Shown: piece by piece, positions 42,200-53,207 of the stretch
Numbering within the stretch: the first letter of the stretch is position 1
Layout of the letters: each line of letters starts with the position of its first letter
Origin: Batkoa obscura
Lineage: Eukaryota
Assembly (NCBI GenBank): GCA_030770535.1
Contig: JASVEC010000015.1
Coordinates: forward strand, 992,001 to 1,056,000
Direction of reading: 5' to 3'
Length of the DNA: 64,000 nt
Translations under genes and position numbers: made by a program
The notes under the pieces: generated by a model
The model's database searches: none
Seen by the model: only the letters and a program-made list of their open reading frames with translations
Told to the model about the DNA's origin: nothing

Positions 42200-42470
42200 G
42201 TTATTAATAGCTAAGTTAATAAATAGTCAAAGAACAAGTAACTGTAATAATATGTAAAAACTATTATTACTTGTACTATATAGGGATGGTCAATTATAGT
42301 TTTGGGGCTGACCACTCCCTCCCATGCAGCTATTTATTAACTTGGCAATATATTAATAATGTAATTATAACATTAAAGTAGTTTATTTATTTGATAATAA
42401 ATCTACGATGTTGGTTATAAAGCAGTTGATAATAAATATTTCTCAATTAAGCTTTATAAGAACATGTATT
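42200..42470 (+). ncRNA. Candidate structured RNA element in the transposon 3' region
   Basis: Three-way junction (27-bp closing stem with two internal hairpins) plus a long downstream hairpin; compensatory and G-U variants in other copies. No expression evidence. Confidence 0.5.
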
Positions 42471-44085
42471 TAAGATCTAGTAGAAATTCAACTAACTTAC
42501 AGTATGAGCTATAATATAATGGTTTAGAACTGTGTTTGGGTACTTTTGTTTTAATAAAAGATGTGATTTTATAGAATTTTAAGCGAAGTTTTTAAAATAC
42601 AAATTTTTTTAAAATTGGATAAAATAATGAAACTAATTCAGACAACCCCATTAATGCCTATTACCATAACTATTATTTCTTAATTTAAATGCTATAAAGT
42701 ACGTTTGTTACTGTAATAGTTTTTATAAAAAAAAGCTACTAGGTTTATAAAATCTTTATTTTTAAACAAACAGTCATTTAATAATAGGAGCTGTCAAACT
42801 AAATAACTCTATTTTAGGAGATTGTTAGATTTGAGCTTAGATAGAAGTGGTATTTTTTACAAGTAACAAAATTTTTAATTTTTTTACAGATACAAAAACT
42901 GGTTTTACATGAAAAAAAAGCTATAGTCCTCATAAGTTAAGTAAGGCTTAAATGAGATCAACCTTCCAGTTTTTAAACTATGAATTCTAGTTTGTTGCTT
43001 ATATATCTAACAAATCTATTCCCAGTTTATGTATCTTTATCTTTTATGATATTATTAAACCATTTAAAGGGGAGCTTTGGTTTTACAAATTTTATTAATA
43101 ATTTTATCAATTCAAGCTAGATTCCACTATTCGAAACCATTACTAATATTAATTTTTTTAGATTTGTTATTGAAAATCAAACTAACTTTTGCAAGCTGTA
43201 TAGTTTGGAAAAACATGAGACAAATTTAAAAAATAGAACACCCAAAAAAAAACATGTTTAAAAAGATCAAAAAAAGTCTGTTATAATAGTTAATTTTTTT
43301 CAAAAAAAATTAATAAAAAGGAAATAAAGTTAGGGTTAATAATAAAAACATAGGGATGTTTTTTTTAATTTCATTATTTTTCCATTTTTTAAGCGCTATT
43401 TGAGTGGAAAGATTGTTAGTAAAATTCTTAAACACAAAAAAACACCCCTACATGTTATTTTAATTAAGCAATTGTAATAATATCTATATCTGTTTTATTT
43501 AAGCTTTATTTATAAAAACTAAATTTGAGTTTGTTACAATACCAACAAAATGGTAAAACCAGGAAATTAATATGGTCAGAAGGAAGTTAGCATTTAAACT
43601 TTTAAGTTGACAAATAACATATATATTAATAACTATATTTTTTATTAACTTATAGTTTTAATCTTGCATTTAGCCTTTTTTAGAAGCTATTGAAGTGTGT
43701 TAGTTTTAAATTTGAAATTATCTATTTTAAAATAATAAGCTTGGACCTATTTTATTACATTATTAGAGCTTTTTTTATAAACTGTTTTTTCTATTTTATC
43801 TTACAACACTTTTCTATATTTTCAATCTATCTTAAGTTAAAATAGTTTAATTAAAAGCTAAAAAACCATTTGGGAGTGTTTTTTTTGGTTTCATCATTTT
43901 TTCCATTTTTTAAGCGCTTATTTAAGCAACACAATGTTTTTAAAAATAAAAATTATAAAAATTATAAAAATTATAAAAATAAACCAAAAAAATTAAATAT
44001 AATTTTTGTTAAAAGCATAGCATATGGGGATGGTATATTTTTGTGTCTAAGAATTTTACTAACAAATTTTCTGCTCAAACCAAAT

Positions 44086-46654
44086 GGAGGTTGTCTGGAT
44101 TAGTTTCATTATTTTATCCAATTTTTGAAAAATTTTGTATTTTAAAAACTTCGCTTAAAATTCTATAAAATCATATCTTTATTAAAATGAAAGTACCCGG
44201 ACACAGTTCTAAATCATTCTATTATAGTTTATCCCGTAAGTTAGTTGAATTTCTACTAGATCTTAAATACATGTTCTTATAAAGCTTAATTGAGAAATAT
44301 TTATTATCAACTGCTTTATAACCAACATTGTAGATTTGTTATCAAATAAATAAACTATTTTAATGTTATAATTGTGTTATCAATATATTGCCAAGTTAAT
44401 AAATAGCTGCATGGGAGGGAGTGGTTAGCCCCAAAACTATAATTAACCTTCCCTATATAGTACAAGTAATAATAGTATTTACATATTATTACAATTACTT
44501 GTTCTTTGACTATTTATTAACTTAGCTGTTAATAACTTAAGTAATCTTGAACATTTAACAATCTATTTCTATCATTCAACAAAGTACTTACTTGCTTGGT
44601 AAATATTGGAATTTTTAAATTCTCTGTTATCTTCGTAAGGTAAGCTGGGATCGATCTTTTAATTTTTCTGTTTTCTATAGACTCTATAACTTTAATTGGA
44701 GCTATATCGCTTTTTTTGATGTATCGGATACTGGATAACAATGGGGATGTATTTTTTTGTTCAAGAATTTTACTAACGATCTTTCCACTGAAATAGCGCT
44801 TAAAAAATAGAAAAAGTAATGAAATCAAAAAAAACATTCCCAATGTAGTTTATTATTGTGTTTAATAAAGTGTAAGTACTTCTTTAATGCCTTGCATCTC
44901 TACTATTATTTTTGTATCTTTGTTTCTTTTATACTTTTTAAAAATTATATCTGTTTTCCCATTATTAACAGTCGAGTTATTAATTTTATTATGCTCGCCA
45001 ATAAAAGCCTCAAATCTTGGAATTAATTGATTGATATCTTCTATTTTGCCTAATGCTTCAAAACTACTTTTCCATCTTGAAAGATTTCCAAAATCCTCAT
45101 CAACTATACTTTTTCCATGATGCTCAGCAAAAAAATTAAGACCAATATTTAAACTACTCTTTATTTTATGGATTTCTTTAAATATATAGTGTAGAAACTC
45201 TTGGGATCTAAAACGATTTCCTGTATCTGCCCATATATTGATTTTTGTAAACTTTTTAAAAGCTTTGTAGAGGTTAAATCAATTCAACAGTCTCCTGCAT
45301 ATCCTGAATCATGATTCAATATTTCAGATAAATAATCAAAATAAACTTTGCCTATTGTTTTATCATTTAAATATAAAACACTAAAACCTAATACTGATAT
45401 AGCTTGTTTATTATAATGATCTAGATTTATTGAATCTGGTCTTGTTCCTATTTCCATATTTTGTTTAAAATCTAAAACCATTATACAACTTTTATTATTT
45501 GATTTTTTAATAGTTTCATTAAATGTGTTTTTTTGATTATCAACACATAATTTATGTAATTTATATAATTTTTCTTCTTCGTTGAAAACTTCTTCTATCT
45601 CTGCTTTGTTTTTTGCTGTATTTATTTTATTTTCAAATAACTTTTTTCTAACTGTATACTGGGTTACATATATTACATAGATCCGTTTTTCTTGCTGGAT
45701 TTTTGAAATTACCTGGTATATATTTAAAGAACGTTGACCTAGCTACTGCTTTATCTCTTAGATCATTCAAATATTTACTGTATATCATCCTTCTACTTTT
45801 ATTTGATATGTATATATATTATTTGATGAGTATTTTACTATCATTATTTTTTTATTGAATCTTGATGAAATAGTTGGATCATTTAGTAAATATTGTATAA
45901 TAGTTTCAATTTGGTCATCTTTAATTTTTTTTATATTTTTAATAATAGGTTGTAACGTTGATATTTTATTATTATTACTTATTTTTGAATAATCATTTTG
46001 ATTTCTGTTTATATTAAACCCAAAACTCTTACATTCATCAAAAGAATATACTGAAGCTATAGTTGATAATAACTCTACTTGCTGATTTTTATTTCCTGTT
46101 TCCCTTAAAGCACTAATTTTATACATTACTTAATTAAGTTTATTATTATTTGTCGATAGTAAACTTTGATAATATATCTTTCCTTTGTTTGTTTTATTAT
46201 AAGATCCCATAAACCTTGGGTTGTTATAAGTAGCTCTTAAAATTGATGTAAATGAATTACAATGTTTGTATTGTGTACTCCTCCCTATTATATTGAAATT
46301 TTCAAAAATTCCATTTTGAAGTTTAGTTATGAAAGTCTCCATTTTATTTTTATTTTGACAAAAAATAAAGTCAAATAAAGTCAAATAACTGTGTTTATAT
46401 AATTATGTATTTATATAATTATATAATCATATAGTTATATATTATATATCTGTTAAATATCTAACAGAACTAACATAAAATATATAGTTAGGAAAATTAG
46501 CTATTTAAGAAAAGGGAAACAATCAAAATAAGTTTTAAATAGAGACATTTAATTTTAGGCTTTTTAGATTTAACCGTTATATTTGGACACAAACTTAGAA
46601 ATTAATCTAAATTTAAAATTTTAAGTAAATCCCAAAACCAATTAGGACAGTCCC
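44086..46654 (-). mobile_element. Full-length frameshifted Sola-like copy, AAAT TSD, inserted in a MITE and containing a MITE
   Basis: AAAT|GGAGGTTGTCTGGATTAG...ATTAGGACAGTCCC|AAAT; fragmented ORFs 46384-44529; internal MITE 44743-44841; host MITE halves at 44026-44085 and 46655-46679. Confidence 0.92.
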
Positions 46655-47281
46655 AAATAGTACTCAAAAAAACACCCCCATATGGAATTTTTATAAAGGA
46701 TGTTTTTTTAGTTTTAGCATTTTTTTATTTTTTTAAATGCTATTTAACAGAAAAGCTATTAAAATTACTAAAATTATTAAACAAAAAAATACATCCCCAT
46801 ATATAATAGGCTGTTTTCGAATATTAAAGACAGTTTGAAATAGTTGATAATTTAATAGAAAATACCTTGAAAGCTATAACAAGCTATAGCTAAATTTATT
46901 AAAAAATACTAAATACATAATACATAACTTTAGAAATCATTATATTGCTAATAAAAAAGCTTTTTATATGGCTATTATAGACAAAGCATGTATCGATTTA
47001 GCTAATTATGGTTATTAGTACTTTTTTATCATATAAGTAATAATAGTAATTTATAAATTAAATATATGGGGATGTATTTTTATGTTTAACAATTTTACTG
47101 ATAAAATTTCCGCTCGAATAGTGCTTAAAGGATGGAAAAAGTAATGAAGCCAAAAAAAACATCCCCATATGGAGGTGGTTTTTTGACGTCACTACTTTTT
47201 CCATCTTTTAAGCGTTATTCGAGCGGAAATTTTGTTAGCGAAATTCTTAAACACAAAAATACATATCCCTATATGAAAAAG

Positions 47282-47750
47282 TGTGAAATATTGCTTTTCC
47301 AGTCCCATGGTTATTATAGCATAATAATCGCCTAAGCTGTTGGGTTCCTAAGTTCAGAGGAAATCAACCCCACGTTCTTAGTTTGATTTCCTACGAGAAT
47401 TTCTAGTTCCATCCCAAAGAATACTATCTTCTCATTTTGATATTTATACTTTTTCAGAGTATAAAAGAGATTCTAAAACATAGTAGTAGCTCGAGGCTTT
47501 TTAACTGAATTATCCCCTGACATCTCGAACATTTAATAAAGCCACTAAATCTTTCTGATAGTATCTTACGTAGATTTTACACTAGTATTGTCTATTCTAT
47601 TTGTCTTATATAATCTGTAGCCTATTACGCACTATTCTTCATAATCTAGGTCTATCTTAGTCACATAAACTAAGGCCTTTCGACTTAGAGTGTAGTCAAC
47701 CAGACAACAGCTGTTTTTGACTCCAAGCACTAAGAGTACCAGATTTCACA
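47282..47750 (-). mobile_element. Solo-LTR-like repeat, second copy
   Basis: TGTGAAAT...ATTTCACA termini; reverse-complement homologue of 13094-13555; no TSD evident. Confidence 0.65.
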
Positions 47751-50700
47751 CAGCAATATATTAATCAATATAATATGTAATTAGTTTTGTTAAATTGTAT
47801 TATAATTATTAAAAAATTAAATAAAGCTGGTTGCAGCTTTGTAATTAATTAATTTGAGTATGATTTATAAGTGATAATTGTTAGATCAAGTTTTTTATTT
47901 TGATTTACTATAAGAGCTTTTACTACTTTAGTCATAAAAGATATTATTTTTTTTGTTTTAATATCCATACTTAATAACTATAATAAAAAATAAGATAATG
48001 ATTATTTTTTATATATAGTCATCTAGTTAAAGTATGGGGATGTATTTTTTTGTTCAAGAATTTTGCTAATAAATTTTTCGCTCAAATTAGCGCTCAAAAA
48101 TGGAAAAAGTAATGAAACCAAAAAAACATCCTCGTATGGAATGTTTTTTGGCTTCATCACTTTTTCTATCTAATCTAAATGCTATTTAAGTGGGAAAAGA
48201 CTGTTAGTAAAATTAAATACAACAATATATCCACGTATAAATTCAATATGGTAGCTAGTCAAGGTGGAGAAGGGGTGCTAGTAGATATGGGGTAGATGTG
48301 ATTTTTACATTTCATGTGGCACTTTAAATATAGCTTTAACTAGTATAAAACTATAAAACATTAAAATAAGTATTTTTAGTTCTAGTAACCACTATTAAAA
48401 TTACTAATGGTCCCTCCCTTTATTTTTAATATATAAAAAGTTTTTGGTATTTTAACTTTTAAAATATAATGTTTTTCAATAAAAATTACCTATATAATAA
48501 ATAAATTATTCTAAGTATATAAGGGTAGTTTATTTGAACGTTTTTAATGATTAAAATGTAGTAGTTTTCATATTGGTACAATGTTTTATATTAATATTAC
48601 TATAAATTTGTATACATGATATAAAGTATTTAAATTTTTCAAAATAGATTTTATTTTTCCTACGGAATGTTTTTATTGTGTAATGCCAGAGACAAATAGC
48701 CCTTCCAACTTTTAAAAGCAGGCAAGCTTTGTTATTTTATAATATATGAATTTGAACTATGAAAAGAGATGATGGACAAGGGATCATATGGAGGTGTTTT
48801 TTTTGGTTTCATTACTTTTTCCATCTTTTAAGCACTATTTGAGCGGAAAAACTGTTAGTAAAATCCTTAAACACAAAAACAAAAATACATCTTCATATAT
48901 TAAGCTTAAATTATTATTGATTTTTTATTTTAGTTTTGACTATTTTAAAAAATTTCATAAATAAAACTCTTGTTTGACATTATTTATGATTTGATGAATC
49001 TCTTTCTAGTTTATTTAAGCGGGATTCTGTAAGGGCTTTTTTATCTAATTATAAATGTACCCTTAAAAGTTAACAAACAGGACATGCATTAACAATCATT
49101 TTCTTATTGATACTCACTTGATTTGCAGATAACAAGGTGACTTTTGTTTTCAAGTATAATGTAAATTTTTGATATTTTAAAAAATATAATTTGTTGGGTA
49201 TCACAAAAAAAAATCAAATATTAGTATTTGAGTTTATTGTTAAATAATTAAAGTGACTTTAATTTAGTAACCTTTTAAGTAAGTCAGTTGAAATTTTATA
49301 AATATCACTCAAATTCATAGATTAATATATAAAATATTTAATAATGATAGTATTAAAATAGGAGCTCTGGTAATAATAGCGGAAGACTTGAAAATTATAA
49401 TATAAAAAGGAATTAAACAACATTTGTTTTTATTGATTTTAGTATTATCCAAATAGCTCAGTTTTATCAAATAACAACAAACTAGTTGTCAAAATACTTA
49501 AGTTTACTATTATTTATGTATTAAAAAGTAAAATAATTTTTATGCCGAAGTCGTAAAAGTTACAAATTTATTACAAAAAGAAGCTGATCAAAATGATTGA
49601 TGTTAAACAATAAATTTAAATTGACAAAAAAAGATTAGTTTATATCTTAATTGCTCTAATATATAGGGTCTATTAAATAAAAATACACGACCGTTATTTA
49701 TCCATCCGCGGTATCCCCTGTATTACTTATTACTTTTGTTTTATTTGGCTTAAAACGCTTTTATTTTAATTATTGATTTTAGTATAAATTTTTGGTACTT
49801 GTACATAAAAGCACAAACACATGTTATAGTTAGTAAAAAACATATAGGGATGTTTTTTTGGTTTCATTATTTTCTCATTTTTAAGCGCTATTTGAGTGGA
49901 AAGATTGTTAGTAAAATTCTTAAACACAAAAACACTCCCATATTCATATTGTTTAACTGGATTCTGTCAAGGATCAAAATTAAAGCATTCTGTTTCCATA
50001 GACAAGTCTATAATTTTTTCAGTCTCCTGGGGAGATATGCCCAAATATTTTTTAGTCCAGTCACAGAGCCTTGTCCTAGAGGACACGACTGTATCTGTTT
50101 TAATCTCTCAAATTAAATTTCTTATCAATTAGTAGCAAAAATCCTACTAGCTATAGATCTTCCAACATTAAATTCTAATGGTATATTAATAGATTATTTA
50201 GTTCAACAAGTGACAGTTTCAATAATCTAAAATAAAATATGTTATAAAATCAATACTAAATTAAAATACTAAAGATGTGAAAAGCTAAAATAATATCACT
50301 TCAAATTAGTATTGGAAATGTTAACAAAATAAAATAATTGAAATGAAAATAATAATAAAAACTAACTAATAATATGGATCGTAATAGTTGATTAAAAGTG
50401 AAGTAAAAGTAAATTGTTAATAATACCAAAAGTAAAACTAAAACAACATCCATAGGTAATAAAAATCCAATTGAATTGAATAAGGACAAAAATAAATGTT
50501 TAACTTCATTGGTATATAGATGAAGGACATAATGCATCATGAAATGCTACTTAATAAAAACTTTGTATTTAATTCCAGGGTAACCTTAATTAATTGGAGT
50601 AAAGTTTTGTATGACCAAGTATTGGGAAATGAACTATTTTGAAAGTGACCAAAATTAAAGAGCATTTTCCTCCTATTAGTTACACCTCCTGGTCCGTGGA

Positions 50701-51429
50701 TATTTCATAAATTCCATTAAACCTTAAAGCTATCAAATTTTTACTAAATAATTTTTCTGATAACATAATATCTAAAATAGTGAGAAAAAAATCAAATTGA
50801 TATTTCAATTTTTACAATTTGTCTATTCTTGAAAGGCCTATTATATATATCTATTATGTGTTTGAGTCTGAGATAGACTTGGGTTTGTAATTCTTACTGT
50901 AAAAAATGAATTAAAAACTTCTCATCTGTCAACAAATATATATACTCGAATTTTAACAAATTGATTTAAACTATTGAAAACATAAATACGAATTTAATAG
51001 TTATATATAATTAGATCTGAATAACTTTCGCGTTTTATCGTTTTTGCCTCTCAAATATTATTTTCAAGTCATCCCTATCAACATCGTATCATTATGGTTT
51101 TCAATCTACTTTTGAAGTCTAAATAGAATAGGTAAAATCATTTTTATATTTAAGGGTATAAACATTTGCAATTAGATCCAATCGAATAAATTTAAACATA
51201 CTCCTTTTGAGTTATGGCTGCTGGTTTAGCAATAAATCAATAAGTTCATCGTCACTTGGAGTTTCCGAATGCGCTTTTATGTTTCAAGTGAGCATGTTTG
51301 ATTAGGAGGAGATGGGGTGCTACAAAGAAATTAAAGTATGAATACATTTTTTCATAAATAATTTGGAGAAGATTTAGAAACATTACCAATTATGAAAGGG
51401 ATTTGCTACTACCGTATTATTAGCATATA

Positions 51430-53207
51430 GGGGTTGTTCTGAATTAGTTTCATTATTTTATCCAATTTTTGAAAAATTTTGTATTTTAAAAACTTCGCTT
51501 AAAATTCTATAAAATCATATCTTTATTAAAATGAAAGTACCCGGACACAGTTCTAAATCATTCTATTATAGTTTATCCCGTAAGTTAGTTGAATTTCTAC
51601 TAGATCTTAAATACATGTTCTTATAAAACTTTATTGAGAAATATTTATTATCAACTGCTTTATAACCAACATTGTAGATTTATTATCAAATAAATAAACT
51701 ATTTTAATGTTATAATTACGTTATCAATATATTGCCGAGTTAATAAATAGGTGCATGCGAGGAGGGGGAGTGGTTAGCTCGAAAACTATGACCATCTTTA
51801 TATAATATAAATAGTATAATAATCTTTAATTGTTATCACAACTGCTTGCTTTTTAACTATCTATCGACTTTAGCTATTAATAGCTTAAGCAACCTTGACA
51901 TTTAACAATCCATTTCTATCATTCAACAAACTACTTTACCTGCTTAGTAAATATCAAAAGTTTTAAATTCAGTTATTTTCGCAAGATAAACTGGGATTGA
52001 TCTTTTAATTTCTCTGTTTTCTATAGACTTTATAATCTTAATTGGAACTATATCGCTTTTTTTGATGTATCAGATACTGGATAACAATGTAGTTTATTGT
52101 TATGTTTAATAAAGTGTAAATACTTCTTAATGCCCTGCATCTTTATTACTCTTTTTGTATTTCTGTTTCTTTTATACTTTTTAAAAATTATATCCGTTTT
52201 CCCGTTATTAACAGTCGAGTTATTAATTTTATTATGCTCGCAAATAAAAGCTCCTGTAGAGATTAAATCGACTAAACAATCTCCTGCATATGCTGAATCA
52301 TGATTCAATATTTCAGATAAATAATCAAAGTAAACTTTGCCTATTGTTTTATCATTTAAATATAAAACACTAAAACCTAATACTGATATAGCTTGTTTAT
52401 TATAATGATCTAGATTTATTGAATCTGGTCTTGTTCCTATTTCCATATTTTGTTTAAAATCTAAAACCATTATACAACTTTTATTATTTGATTTTTTAAT
52501 AGTTTCATTAAATGTGTTTTTTTGATTATCAACACATAATTTATGTAATTTATATAATTTTTCTTCTTCGTTGAAAACTTCTTCTATCTCTGCTTTGTTT
52601 TTTGCTGTATTTATTTTATTTTCAAATAACTTTTTTCTAACTGTATACTGGGTTACATATATTACATAGATCCGTTTTTCTTGCTGGATTTTTGAAATTA
52701 CCTGGTATATATTTAAAGAACGTTGACCTAGCTACTGCTTTATCTCTTAGATCATTCAAATATTTACTGTATATCATCCTTCTACTTTTATTTGATATGT
52801 ATATATATTATTTGATGAGTATTTTACTATCATTATTTTTTTATTGAATCTTGATGAAATAGTTGGATCATTTAGTAAATATTGTATAATAGTTTCAATT
52901 TGGTCATCTTTAATTTTTTTTATATTTTTAATAATAGGTTGTAACGTTGATATTTTATTATTATTACTTATTTTTGAATAATCATTTTGATTTCTGTTTA
53001 TATTAAACCCAAAACTCTTACATTCATCAAAAGAATATACTGAAGCTATAGTTGATAATAACTCTACTTGTTAATTTTTATTTTTTTTAAATAAAGAGAT
53101 TTAATTTAGGCTTTTTAATTTTAACTGTCACGTTAAAGAGAGCAGATTTAAAATTTTAAAGTTTGGATTAACTTCTAAGTTCTAAAACCAATTTGGGGGA
53201 TAATCCC
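51430..53207 (-). mobile_element. Internally deleted non-autonomous Sola-like copy
   Basis: Both ends present (GGGGTTGTTCTGAATTAG...GGATAATCCC) with ATAT-like flanks; lacks the N-terminal coding region and 86 codons of the catalytic core. Confidence 0.9.

Larger units (their letters stand above)
40187..42649 (+). mobile_element. Intact autonomous DNA transposon, Sola-like (2463 bp)
   Basis: Imperfect TIRs GGGGCTGTCCTAATTGGTTTCA and GGGGTTGTCTGAATTAGTTTCA (18/22 match); flanked by ATT; single long ORF; boundaries confirmed by other copies. Confidence 0.92.

Noticed and set aside
42321..42330. ATGCAG in the RNA junction matching the self-insertion site, as a possible guide
   Set aside because: A 6-nt match is expected by chance, and other insertion sites do not share it.
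40000..42720. Tc1/IS630-like relic flanking the intact element (LNAIKYV-like words)
   Set aside because: Only a faint, frameshifted motif resemblance.
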